A DNA stretch of 60,831 nucleotides, the filler included, from Hausera hauseri (taxonomy: Eukaryota), in assembly GCA_046269625.1 (NCBI GenBank). It is 11 parts of 11 records of this genome, joined end to end, with 100 filler letters (N's around TTAATTAATTAA, not from the genome) between each part and the next. Parts side by side here need not be neighbours in the genome. Positions count along the whole stretch, not along the records: positions 22,032 to 26,138 come from JBJURY010758319.1; positions 26,239 to 30,947 come from JBJURY010465911.1; positions 31,048 to 37,962 come from JBJURY010052219.1; 8 more parts are not named here. One strand, given 5' to 3'. Under the pieces are notes generated by a model. It worked only from the letters and a program-made list of their open reading frames with translations. It was not told the origin of the DNA and searched no databases. The position numbers and the translations under genes are program-made. Shown here one piece after another: positions 22,934 through 36,100 of the stretch (positions within the stretch are counted from its first letter, which is position 1; each line of letters opens with the position of its first letter).

Positions 22934-25806
22934 TAGGGTACACCAAAAAAGTAAAGTTTTAAACCTTTTTGGCTGCCACTCACTAAACAGTTTCCGTATG
23001 GAAGTTGTAACACCACAAAAAATTTGAACTCCTTTGGAATTGTTTTTGGGTCCCGCAAAGACCTTGAAATTTCACTGTTTTTCTCAAACGACCAAAAAAT
23101 TGTCAAGATTTTTTAAACTGTTAAGTATTTATTAACATAGATAAAAAGTATAAAGTCGGCAGACTCGGCACGTGAAGGCAATCTGCAATTCAGCAATAAA
23201 GTCATGCGGAGTGTCTTTATAGTCAACTGAAATTATTGCATACTATTGTCTCTTCACTTGTCATTTGTCAACTGCACTACTTTGCACTTTGCAGTTACGT
23301 GATAATTGAAATAATAAAAATATAAAAAATACTCTTTGTACTTGCAACCTGCTAAATGCTGGCCAGTTCATTAGTGTTCAACTCTCTGAATGTTTTCTGG
23401 CGCTGCTTTACTACTTGCAACAAGTATTGCTTTTGAGCCTCGTCTCTTGTTGTGTTCTTGAAGCTCTGGATTAGCTAAACACCTCGCTCGGCACTTACGT
23501 TGACACTGGAGGTTGGAGACTGGTTATTGCTTGTTGAAACGAAGTTATTGAGTTCCGTTCTTCAACTGGAACATTCAGGAATGTACCATCAATGCCTGTT
23601 GTTTTTATGAACATGCGGGAAACAGTCATGTCGCTAGGTTAGATGGTAATACCTTCGACACATGTGGCCCGCGCTCATCAACCATAGAGTTACAAGCTGC
23701 TATTTGTCAGCATCCGACAGCTGACTTGAGAACAGTGCAAGTGTTACCATTTCTGGAGTCAAGTACCGCGAGTGTCTTGCGATCCATCTTAACCCAACAT
23801 TGCGAACGCCGTCGTCTTTATAAGCTCTGAGTGCTTGGAGCAGTTGTGGATCATCAACATGTGAGTGAACAGTCACTAAGCACTTGAACTATGGCCTTAT
23901 GTAAACGTTAACTTCAGACCTGTTGAACCTCTGTACGGCTTGTTGCTTACGAGATGTTAATTTCATCACTTTCTCATTACCTTCAAATGACAGTTCCAGT
24001 TTAAGAGTATATAGCGCCTTGACCATCCATCTTGACCGATGTACTGCATAGGACTTTCTGATTGTTTCTTCATCAATCTGAATTTCCGTCAGGTGTGCTG
24101 TCAACTGAGGAAACTCAAGGTAGTCTTCTCTAGGATGTTTGTATGTGAGTTAATCAGTTATGAATGATTTCAGATAGTCTGGGGATGAAATTAGTGGTGT
24201 TTTTCTAAGTTTTGGCTTACCACTTTCAAGATTGTACCACATCTCACGAAACCGCTGGAAGTTTGCAATGTCTGGATTACTGGATGACCCAAAGCAGAGA
24301 TTAAACACATCAGCGAGTATCACCTCATGCACGTGATGCCTACAGGCGAACCGTGGTAGGCTTCGACCCAGCGTATTTTCTAACTGTTGGCATTTGACGC
24401 TGAGTCTGTCTGTATTTCTGGCAGTTATGTCAAAACACATTTCAATGACCAGAGATTCACTATTCCAGGACTGAAGCTACTGAAGAACTGTCACAGATTT
24501 TTGTCGCCCAGTTTCAGATTGCGGTGCAGGAACTCCAAGCAGTTCTGTAGTACCATCTGTAGCTGAAATCAATAAGACTGGAAATCGATCCACTAGGAGA
24601 TTTTCAAGAGAGCCAGCTACGTCACTTATCAATTTACCATCCAAATACACAACAGATTTAGACGGCTAATAATTATCTCTGATATATTTTGCAGAGTGCT
24701 GGCAAAGTTTCTGGCGGTGTCAATGAACGGTATTTTTCTACAACAGAAACAGAGAACTGCTACTTGACTCTTAGCGAGCTGATGCAATTATCATTGTCCA
24801 GTTGCGCACGCTAGTATTGGTTCGATCTAATGTTTCTGCTAACTTTGTTGTCAGTACAGTCATGCGCCATTTCACCTGATTTTTCTTGAAATACAGGTCG
24901 TCTTCTCTTTCGTCGTCGTCTTCTGACTGAATTTCATTGCCTTCAGTTTCTGCTTCATTTCTTTTGTTGTAAAATTTGCCACTGCCGTTCACGTTTTGCA
25001 TGATTGTCGTACTTTAGTTTCTTTTCCATACTTCTCTTGTCCTTGTTAGCCTTGTTTGTCAATCGATCCAATGCTCCCAGTTCTAGATTCCTTCTGTAAT
25101 TTCAAAAACCGCTTGTCTTCTATGCAAATTAAATGGTTGGATGTAGCATGACTGGTGTCGAACAGTTGGTCAAGCTTTCCACTGTATTCTTCAAGTCCTT
25201 ATCATTTCCTCTTGAATAGTGTTTCATGAGGTCAACATGTTCCGTGTACAATTTCTATATCTGTTCCATCACAATCTTTACGTCGAGTTGGAAGGTGTGA
25301 CATGAACCAGAAAGGCTGTAGCTGTCCATAAACGTGCTTCGCACTGTCATAAATTGTTAGTTTTTGTGCTTGTAGTAAAATATGAAGTTATGCATGACGT
25401 CACAGTGGGTAGGCAATCAAACAAACGTTGTCACTACTACGCGTGTTTCAAGTTTCTGACTTAGACTGAGTCAGAGTCTGAGACACATTGACTATGGTTA
25501 GCTAACTGAACCCAGACACTAGCTAGTGTTACAAAATAGTGTTTACATTGCGGCAACAGCAGTCGGTTATAAACAAAACAAATTTAAAATGTCTGCTATT
25601 GCCAAAACAGTAAGTAGTAATTATTTTGCTACATAAATATGCAAGCAGACATCATGTAAATAAGTATTAAACAATAAAAGCACATATGCCAGTACAATTT
25701 GTATTTGTATAGCAATCAAATGTAGTATTGGTTTATTTGTTTGCGAAATTTCAACGTCTTTGAGGGACCCCTAAAACAATTCCAAATGAGTTCAAATTTT
25801 TTGTGG
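22934..25806 (-). mobile_element. hATm-like DDE DNA transposon, decayed transposase (~23380-25440)
   Basis: Terminus TAGGGTACACC; inverted repeat 23010-23073 vs 25744-25806; motifs LDGKL, DRFPVLIS, MCFDITARNT, ACRHHVHE, HRSRWMVKALYTLK, VNVSAERGV, QKQYLLQVV. The subfamily name is from memory. Confidence 0.75.
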
Positions 25807-26138
25807 TAGTAGCAGGAAGTGAGTGCATGAGATCAGACCCCCCCGGGAAGAAAATTTATTCTGGTTCGCGGACGAGTCATGGGGTAGAAAAAATGATACA
25901 CACTTACACGATTAATAGGGCGGAGATAGGAGACACAGTCAGAAAGTGGATACACACAGGCGGGCGTACTGTATGGATTTTAGGTATGTGTAAAAATTTG
26001 GCGCGTAAAAAGTTTTTTTAACAAAGCATTTTCTGGCCTGATTGTGGTTTCACTATTCCCACCCCAATTGGTGTAATCTGATTGGTCGGTTTGTGCCAAA
26101 AATTTTTGTTTTAATTTTGGTGGTTGGGTATAAATATA
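25805..26138 (+). repeat. Probable Polinton terminal repeat
   Basis: Starts GTAGTAG (Polinton ends are AGTAGT-like). Reverse-complement homolog at ~51075-51436 shares GATTAATAGGG.GGAGAT.GGAGACACAGTCA.AAAGTGGATACACACA and CTGGCCTGAT.GTGGTTTCACTATTCCCACCC. Confidence 0.6.
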
Positions 26139-26238
26139 NNNNNNNNNNNNNNNNNNNNNNNNNNNNNNNNNNNNNNNNNNNNTTAATTAATTAANNNNNN
26201 NNNNNNNNNNNNNNNNNNNNNNNNNNNNNNNNNNNNNN

Positions 26239-29200
26239 TGTCCATGGCTAATCTGCCATAAACATTAGTTTTCGCTATTATATTAGTTTCTAGATCTAAT
26301 TCATCTAATACTTTACGTCGGAGATCTGTAAATTTGGTGAAAATTCCTGCTATTACTTTAATTACTTCTTCCCGCTTATTAGTTTTAATCTCTATACTTA
26401 TAATATATGGTTGTTTTCGTCTATGTTTTCGTCTTACGTCTCTTCCAAGAGTTTTTAGTAATTTTCTTACGACTGAAAAGCAGAATATGTCATCCCTTGC
26501 TAATGACAGGAGCAATGGTGCACATTCTATTCGACCACTTAATGGTAGTGACGCATACTGCAGCAAGGCATTCCATACCTCATTAGGTGCTGAATCAGTC
26601 ATTTGTAACTTGGTTTTGGTTATTTCGGTTGCTGATTCTGGAGGTTCGTCATACACTATGGAACCTGGGGGAATATTCGTTTCCGGAATAATCTTTGGAT
26701 TTTCAATTGGTAATAGTGTAATTTTGGGATATTGGATCACATCAGACGTAAGTATGAATTCATCATCTTCTAAGATTTCAAACACTTCATCTTCATCGAC
26801 TACTTGTTGTTCCTTTTTGGATGTACTTACTGTATTGAATCCCAAATACTTTCGAGTAATGTCGGTCGTTGGGGTGGAACCTTATATTGAGGGAGTGGTG
26901 CAACTAATCTGTCATTGTAAGGTTCTATCCATTCTCCAATTAGTCTTGTTCTGACAAGTTCATATGAATATTCGTCGGAATCTATATCTATATGTCTCTG
27001 AGCAATTGGTACAATTACTGGAATTGGTCTTGCTTTATCGGTTTTCTCAAGTTTTCGTATTTCTGGAAAGGCTATTCGTAATGTTTTCTGGCTTTCTATT
27101 ATCCATGATATATTGTATTCTATTCGTACTGTCTTTAAGTATTCGTCTAGGCATCTTTGTGCCATAATTTCTGAGTTATGACCGTGATATAGGTCTAAAC
27201 ATTTGTAATTTCTGTTAGTTTGTTCCAGATCGTAGATGGCGGTTAGGTTTACTGGATTTACTTTCAATGTATTTAATAGTTCTGGCAACTGGCGTCCGAT
27301 GATTACTTTTCCTAGTAAATATTTATTCATAAATTCGCTTACCGACTCTTGTTGAGGATTGAGCGTTTATTGTATTCGGTGTACTTTGTAGTATCTGGTA
27401 TACTTGGATATACATGAATATTAAGAATTGTTTTTCCTTCTAAATTTTTGGCGGTGATTTGAGTTAGTCCTTTTTGGTCTCTGGTTATGCATCTGCCTAT
27501 AAGAATTATTTCTGTCTTGTGTTACAGGTTCATCCGTGGTTAATATGGGTGTTTCTTTAAGCAATTGTATTAAGTATATCGGGCAATTATCTAAGGGTTG
27601 AATTTGTCAATCTCCTTTGTAGGGATAATTAAGGAGTATCATAGTTTCTGTGGAAACTATTACTGTTTTGTTACCAATTCGTGACCGTGCTTCTCCTTGG
27701 TTAGTAATTATAGCGCATGGTGAGTCGTTTCTTTTAATCTGAATATCAGTCTTTTTAAGATAGACTTTATCAATACCTTCCATACAAATTGATCCTTGTT
27801 CGGCAATATATGCGAACTCTATTCGGTTAGATTTCTTGTCAACAAACAGTTTATCCCATTTCTGAACAACATCATTATCCATGCGCTGTAGTATTGCCTC
27901 CGTAATTAAGGTGGTATTACATGTTATTTCATGTTGAGAATGCCTATCTTCCTTAAACAAAGGTCTACTTGGAAAAATAAAATATGGAGATCCTTGATGT
28001 TAAGTTTAATTTTGTATTCTTGTCGTAAATTATTTAATTGTAGTGATAATGTACTTTCTCTTTCCCATTTATCATTTGGTAAGTTAAAATTCGTATCTAC
28101 ACTAAACGTACCAAAGATATCGGTTTCTTTTAATTGTATTTCTTTAAATATCCATGGTAATTCTATTTCAACTATAAGTTTTCCACAGAGTAGTTGTCTA
28201 AGGTCTTCATAGCGTTTTTCTTTTCCCATATATACGTTTTCTAATTCGACTATCAAATCACCTTCAACGTTCTCTATTTTTATTCGATTAATTTCTGGTT
28301 TCTGTTCGTCTTCGTTAGTTTTGTCTACAACTAAAAAGGTTAAAAGTAAGTTTTTGATTCCTTTCGTTTCTGGCCATAACACATATGAAAGTGTATCATT
28401 TTGAATGTCTGGTACCTTTCGCTCTGCTTGGTCTAAATAATTTCTTGTTATGAAGGGCTTTTCCAGAATGGAAATGTTGGATGCTAGTTTGGATGCAATT
28501 TGGTGGTGTTCTACTATGGGTTTTGTCATTAATAAACCCGTGAAGGCTGATTTAGTTTGTTCATTGAAAGTTACAGAACGGCGGCGTGAGGTGCTCCTTT
28601 CATCGTTATTACTTTTCCTATTGTCTGAAGAGTTTCCTTTCTCTTTTATGGAATTATTATAAGATTGCATTGTTGAGTCCGATTTTCTTTCATTGGCATA
28701 TTTGGAATATTCTGATACCGTATTTTTGTCATATCTAGATGGGGAAGTGTTCCTATTAGATGGTGAGTCATTTCGTCTAAAACTATAATCCGATGGCCGG
28801 GTATATCTATCATTATTGTTATTTGGTCTGGGAGAAGGGGTTCGATTTCGGTCTCTTGGAGGATATGGGCTGGGGTTCCTATTGTACCTATCCGACTCTC
28901 GTCTAAGTGGAGTATAGTCACGTCTTCTGTCATAGTTTCCTGATCTTGAATAATTATACCTATTTCTATTGTCATGACTAGAATTATACCTAACTCTACT
29001 ATCATCTCGTCGGTTATCTCTTTCTCTATTGTCGTTTCTATTGAAACTACCATATCTTTCTCGACTGTCAACTCTTCTAAATCTCTCGAGACTTTCGCTT
29101 CGCCTATCATTAGAATAATTATGTCTCGATCCTTCTGAACGATTAATTGGATATCGCGTTTGGCTATCATCTCGTTTCTAATATGTATTCATTAGATTCT

Positions 29201-30748
29201 TTCTATTCTCGTAACGACCGGAGTTTCGGTCGTTGTTGTATCTTTCTCTGCTAGGAAGTCTAATTCTGTTGTCATTTCTATCTCTTGTATAATCTCGTTA
29301 TCTATCGTTTATTGTATCATTTCGCTGTCGGTCATCCTAGTTTCCCCTATTTCGTTGATATTGTGTATCTCTTTGGTTATTATTGTAGTTGCTAAATGAT
29401 GGGTTATAACTTCCTCTTTCTGGGCTGTTGCTTCACTCTGGTGTACTGTTACCTTGTCGATTAGGACTTTGGCTTCTCGGAGAATCTCTCCAAAGTGAAT
29501 TGCTGCGATTTGGTACATCCGGTCTCACGAGTAATGGTGTCGTAGCCACTGCTGCTATTTGTGTTTGATTAGTCCATAAAGGTGTTTTATCTATCAGGGT
29601 AGCCATTCGTCGAGTATAATCTATCAGTTCAATAATATTGTTGGCTGTATGAAATTTAACTCCTTCTCATAAGAGTGGTAAGAGTCCAAGTACAAATTTT
29701 TCATGATCATGGCACCAAAAGTGTTTTCGTTATGGCCAAAATATCCAGTCATTGCTGTTTTGAACCTGTTAATATAGGTCAAAACTTCTTCATTGGGTTT
29801 TTGTTTATAATTTTGGAATTTTAGATATCGGTTTTCTTGTATATTAACCTGCTGATTTTGTAAGATCCTTTCTCTATGTTGCATCCAGGTTTCATCTATT
29901 CGTGCAGGTAGACGGGTTATTGCCATTCTCAAATCGTTATTCACATGTACTGGTAAGAGAGATATCTTCTTTGCATCATCCCAATACATAGCTGTTGCTA
30001 GTGAATCATATTCATCTAGGAAATCCTCCAAGTCTGATACTCGCCCTTCATATGGTTGAAGACGAGGAAGCGTTTGATATTTCTCTTCCCTTCTTCTTTC
30101 ATTACAATTTGGTAGACCGTAACCAACATTATTATTATTTCGATCGTAGTTGCGCTCATCTTGATGAGCCAACAGATTTCAATTATTCCTTTGTGGCTCC
30201 ATGTTGTTGTTGTCGGTGTCAGAAGTTTCACAAGATATGGAGCTTATTTCCACTGAGAATTCTGGTGATTGTATTTCTTCTAGTCGTGGAGTTATCCTTT
30301 CATCTTTCCTTAAGAATTCGAGACGTTCGTTTAATTGGTTAATGTCTTGGGCTAACGTTTCTATTTGATTCCTGGCGTGATCATTTTCCGCTTGTATTTG
30401 TTCTTGCTCGCATACTATAATTGCAACTTGATTTTGCATTTCGTTTAATTTTTGTCTTGATTGTCTTTCACTAGTATCTATCTGTTCTCTATTTCTATGT
30501 ATTGCAGCTATATGATCAATAGTCTGTTGTCGTATATCACATATTTGTCTGGAGTGGATATTGACCTCTTGTGCAAGTTGGCAAGTCCTCTCCGCCAATT
30601 CATTCAAGCCTATTTTATTATAATTCACTTTTTGCTCTATATGTGTGGTTCTTTCTTCAACTCTGTCCAATCTTATACCATTATTCATAACGTCTGTCTC
30701 TGTTATATCTCCTCCTCTTTGTCGAGGATATATTCTGTATTTCTTCAC
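26239..30748 (-). mobile_element. gag: LTR-retroelement-like gag (coiled coil + capsid + long R/S/N/D-rich region) followed by ~800 codons of unknown protein; decayed
   Basis: LQPYEGRVSDLEDFLDEYDSLATAMYWDDAKKISLLPVHV and FQNYKQKPNEEVLTYINRFK are capsid-like. Downstream ORFs 27924-28670, 27607-27960, 26827-27330 and 26239-26845 have no RT/IN motifs. Confidence 0.7.
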
Positions 30749-31047
30749 TTAATTGTCAAATACTATCATCCGTTCGGTTTTGTCTTATTCTTAAATCATT
30801 TAAATTTACTTGATGTACTTCATAACGTGTTTGGCATTCTAATTCGTGGTTAACTATTCTCTGTGCCAATTGTCGTGAATTAGGTGCGTTACAATATTGC
30901 CTCCTAAATGGCATTCGCCGTCCGTTAACTCCTCTTATCCATTGGTGNNNNNNNNNNNNNNNNNNNNNNNNNNNNNNNNNNNNNNNNNNNNTTAATTAAT
31001 TAANNNNNNNNNNNNNNNNNNNNNNNNNNNNNNNNNNNNNNNNNNNN

Positions 31048-31742
31048 TGTCGTAGAACGGTCGTTGCGAACAATATGCAACCGAAACCGAAATCAAATGT
31101 AAATAGTACATAGAACGAAACGAAGAACAAAATGATAATGCATTAATTATAAACAATTGAATCGTCGAAACACAGGATTGTAAATAGAACCGAACTATAT
31201 TGAACACGAAAAATCAATTAAAATACAAAATTAATTCCAAAAATTGCATATAAATAATGGCTCTCAACGTATATATAATCGATTTACAGAGACAATAGTC
31301 GTCATAAGTAATCAGTCATTATTCAACCGAGTTCAGTTAGCATTCAGTGGATATCATACTACCAGAAAGCTTGACGATTGTATTCAAGACGTTTAATTCA
31401 TTGATTCAACTTATTGTGTTGTCGAACTACCTTCTTATATTGCTACGGTATAATTTGTCATTGAATAAATTTATTTGTATCCTAAATTCTCATATAGTTT
31501 TCCGTCGCTCCTTACGAGGGACTTGCAGCACACTAAGTTCTAAAATCCTTCTAAATCTCATAGTTAGGTCGAGAATTTTGTAATCTACGCAATCACTGCA
31601 AGCAGTACACGCAAGTTGAAATAGTGCAAACATTCTAACGAGAACGTTAGAACTTATCTGCTTAAACAATATTATCTCTAATTTGAATTCTACTCATTGT
31701 TATAGTTGGGTGTTGGATAGGGCCCACCTTCAACTACTAACA
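31048..31742 (+). repeat. 5' LTR (~695 bp)
   Basis: TGTCGTAG...CTACTAACA imperfect inverted termini; TATATATAA at ~31270; AATAAA at ~31465; PBS immediately downstream. Confidence 0.7.
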
Positions 31743-31744
31743 TT

Positions 31745-31762
31745 TGGCGACCCTAGCAGGAC
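31745..31762 (+). promoter_or_regulatory. Primer-binding site, probably tRNA-Arg
   Basis: TGGCGACCCTAGCAGGAC, 2 nt after the LTR terminal CA; resembles the complement of tRNA-Arg 3' ends (...GGTCGCCA). Confidence 0.75.
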
Positions 31763-31992
31763 AGTTTGCACTTGCTAGACTTGACTCTCAGTGAAAAAGT
31801 AACGACACATTAGCGATCAGCGCTACCACATCAAATAATTGATTTGGGATTTAAAGAAATCCTCAGTATTATAAAGACATATTATTGATTCAAGAACGAA
31901 TATTGACAGACACGAGTTAGACGATAAATTAAATTGTAAAGAGAATATTAATTACCGTAAAACGTAATAAAGTTTATAAACAAGGTGAGGTA

Positions 31993-33190
31993 TTGATTAG
32001 ACGAACTTTATCGGAATCCAACTTAGCTAGTACTGAACCTAGTGATTTAGACGCTGTCGAGCAGCCTATCGAATTTAAAGTTCCCGATAAGAAAGTTAGA
32101 ACTCGTAAGATAGTTAAGCAAAATTTGATAAACGTCGAAAACATGGCTGAAAACCAAGCTGTAGCACAGAAGTTGGATATTTTTACATTTGACTCGTTTA
32201 ATTTGCCCGCGTATGACGGAGATCCAGACGGACTCAATGAATTCTTAAGGACATTAAAGCTGCATGCAGAAGGTGTTGGACTAGCAGCTAATGTGATGAT
32301 TACGCGTTTGTCATTATACTTGAAGAATCTGGCCGCCGATGCCTATAGTGAACTTACAGATGACGAGAAGAAAACTTGGTCTTCACTGGTAGGAGCCCTG
32401 AATCGGAAATTGTTACCACCTGTAATTCCGCAGCAAAAACTCATGGCTTTTCAGAATATAGTTCAACAAAAGGGTGAATCGATAACCCAATTCGCTTTTG
32501 CCTTAAAGAAATTGGCAAATAGTTACGTAAGCACCTTATGAATAGCAAATATAGCTAAGGCTAAAAATGAAGCAGAACGCGAAGCGTAGAAAAGGCAAGC
32601 CCTCCAGATTTGGATGTCATGATGATGACACAGTTAATAAACGGTATTTGGTCTAAGGACGTAGTAAAACAGTTGATTTTGGCACGTCCAGAGAATTTCG
32701 ATCGAACGTTGCAATTAGCTCAGGACTTCGAAATGGCATTGGCACGATATACTAGAGACAATGACAGAAATGATAGAAATAACGATCAAGGTGATCGAAG
32801 CAATCGCAATAATAGAAACGATAGACGATTTAACAAGAATTGCGGAGATCGGAACAAGAAAGGTAATTATGATCGCAGAAACGATCGATACAGTAATCAG
32901 AATTTTGACAATAGTCGATGTAGCTTCTCTAATAAATCAAATTACCAGACAGATAAACGCCTAGATGACTCTAGAAACTTTAGTCGACAGAATGACAATC
33001 GGAATTATGATAATCGCCAATACGGAGACTCTAGACAGGCTCCGTCGCAGCAAGGATGCAATAGAAATCCGAGTAGGTTGAAATCCCCGCTAAACGAAAA
33101 TGGCCGACAAAGAGTTGGAAGAAATGGCCATTTAGTCTGTTTCACATGTGGACAAGAAGGACACATAGCGAGATCGTGTCCGAATCCGCA
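31993..33190 (+). pseudogene. gag: gag (capsid + R/N/D-rich region + CCHC zinc knuckle)
   Basis: LPAYDGDPDGLNEFL; LSLYLKNLAADAY; FQNIVQQKGESITQFAFALKKLA; QLINGI; CFTCGQEGHIARSC at 33138-33179. Stop and frameshift at ~32541-32610. Confidence 0.9.
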
Positions 33191-36100
33191 AAGTGTCTCG
33201 TTTGTGGAACCTATTAAAACTTACGTAATTAAAAGCGAAAATTTAGAAGTAATTTACAGTGTCCGTGGAGATATGGATGTGATCATCGAGATACAAGACT
33301 TACGACGCTTCCTAAAGGCTCAGCCTGATACTAAAGACCCTAAAGTTTTAGTGCCTAGAAACGAATATGAGCACAAATTACGACTAATGGAAGTTTGCCA
33401 TGGCCTGCGTGAACCAGAAACGGAATATGAACGTTCCATTGTCCCACCAAGGCTGAGTGATATGGCACGAAAAAAGAACGTTCCTACAATAAACAAAAGG
33501 TTAGATGAAATAGAAAAGCCTGAGACTCCAAGCGAAGTAGACTTAGATGTCGAACCCGAGTATACTATAAAAAAGGTAACTAAGGAGGCAGAGGTCGGCG
33601 GAAAAGAGGAATTTCTTGAACCACTTATACTTAAAATTACCAAGAATAGAGGCCGCAGCCCATCACTGAGACGGAAACGTAAAGACCGTTCGAGATCCCA
33701 AATGATTAAGGAGAAGCCGAACACAAAGAGAGAAACCGAAATCGCGTTAGGGAGCGACGCAGAGTGCGCCTCGAACGTTCCAGAAATTAATTTAGTTACG
33801 CCCGGAGAATTGAGTGAGCTAACAGAATCTGTAAACGAGATAAACGACATATGTCCCTTACCAACTAGCGAAGGGGGAACGGAACAAGAGGAGAAACTCG
33901 ACCCTAAAAAGTGGAAAATCAGACGCTCGTGGAAAAATGCAGAGGAGTTAAAAAGAATGAGGATGAATTGTCGCAACCCAGAGGTATTACGACAGAATCT
34001 AGAGAAGCTCAAAGCAATGAGCGAAGAAGTGGATATTTCTGGTAAGGAACAGCAGTTTGTAGAAAGACTATATAAAAATATGAAACTATGTAGCGAAGGG
34101 AAGCTAAGTGAAGCTATAGACTTAGATCAGCCCGAAGAAGTGGCAAAAGAAACGCTAGTTCAGTGGAAACGTGATTTAAAACGGTGGATCAAACGCAAGA
34201 CGAAATGTCCGGAGACGTGGAATAAAACTACCCAAGGCACTAAAACTAGGATCAACGAAGCTCAGTCGTTATTAGCTACATTAGAAGCCAACCCGAAATT
34301 AAAAAGAGCAGTACGTAATTTGGAGCATGTCATGGATGAAATTAGATTCATCATAGTCGAGCAACTAAAAAAGAAGCCGGTCAAGAAACGAGACTCAAAC
34401 GACTTAAAGATGTTAGGCATAGATGTATTAGACATTCCGCTCTTAACGGAAATGATAAAAATCGCTTCTACTGCGACAAGGCAATATACCAGTCTGGAAA
34501 ATCGTTTTAAAATCGAAGTCGAAAAACGGTCGCAGATATATAGTCTAAGAAATAGGATCATGCACCCAGCTAATAATGAAACACAGAAGATAATTCTGAC
34601 TTGTATCCTTGACTTCGATGAATATAAGGACGAGTTTGACTATGCCTACCGGATCATCGATTTTATTAGAGGTCTAGATGATAAGCTAGAAGACGCCTGC
34701 AAAATGTTAAATAAAGCGATCTTGGCAAAGCCAGAAATTGCTAATCAGTTGAAAGAATGGTCCGAAGTAATAACGAGGCTAAGTAAATTAGTGGCCAATC
34801 GAAAAAGGAAATTTCCGGAAAGTGAACTTACAGTTAAGAAGCAACTGGAAGAAGACGCCCGAAATCTGGATACGATGAAAGCAGAGATTGACATTCGAAC
34901 CCAATTCGAGGCGCTACGTCAATTAAACTTTATGGAAAAGAAAGAAGAGATGATGGTGCAAAATGATACATATAAAATGATCGAAGAAACAAACTTTTTG
35001 CGAAAGCGAAATGCGACTTGCGATTTCTACCCGCAATTAAGAGATGTCCGCCTGAAGGGAATACGCTGGTTGATAGCCAACCCTATCGAAGAAATTTCGA
35101 TCCCAAATTTTAAAATCTTGGACTTTTTTCCCGAATACCGCTCAGTCGTTAAAGAAGCGGTTAAGTTCTTACACCGTCCCCAAGAATGGAGAGATGGAAC
35201 GGATCAAAGACTTCATACCGAACTAAGTAACATAAAGAACGACCGCCACCTTAACTTCGAAGAGATCAAATTTGTAAAAAAGGTATTAGATGTGATAGAT
35301 TCGGATTCAAACAGTATTAACGAGATGTACGAATTAGCGCTATTGATGGCAGAAATGGCAGAAATTAGTGACGAGAAACTAAGACAATTGTTGCAGCGGA
35401 TACAGCAAGTCTAAGAACTTGCATTAAGATGAAACAGAGCGATAAGGTTAGACGAACTAGTTAGAGAACTCGAAGTCTATAAAAACAAATACGCCCTTAC
35501 AAAAGCCAAAAAAGCTGACAAGTCATAATCCTTTCAAAGATGGCAAAGAGATGTCACGTCTTAACTAACGAAATATCAAGAAAAAGGTCTAATCTCACCC
35601 GAAGAATTATGTTCATCATTAACACTGCTCCACCAAACATCCGCTAATGGGAGATGTTTCCTAACGACGAAAATGGTCCAAATGCAACAGAAACTACAAG
35701 AACTCAGAGCAACTACATGGCCCGCAGGTGTAGATAGGCCAACCGATATACCGTAGAGGAGCTATCAACTACCAGATAATGAAAATAAACCGGATTGGGA
35801 GGCATAATTAGACGCAATGATTGCCGAAAATCCGAAAACCCCAATACGCATAGACAAAAGATTCAATGTAGAAATGATTTTGGACCCAGCACAAACCGAG
35901 AAAGATTTGACTCAGTTGATCGAAATAAATCTCACGGAAATTCAGTTAAGACGGTTAGTTCCTACTCTAACTAAATTAGCAAGAGAAGGTACGATTTTCA
36001 GTATGGTACCTAAACTTTTACTCAAGGAATGTGCCAAAATCTTAAAAGCAGAGGCAGAAGAGGCGATTCCAGTAAAAATAGTATCTGACTGGATGGACGA

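Noticed and set aside
33220-33320. Dead aspartic protease after the gag knuckle (IKSENLEV..; similarly IKIENVEG.. at ~28270)
   Set aside because: Only positional resemblance; no catalytic or ILG.D motif, so it cannot be supported by eye.
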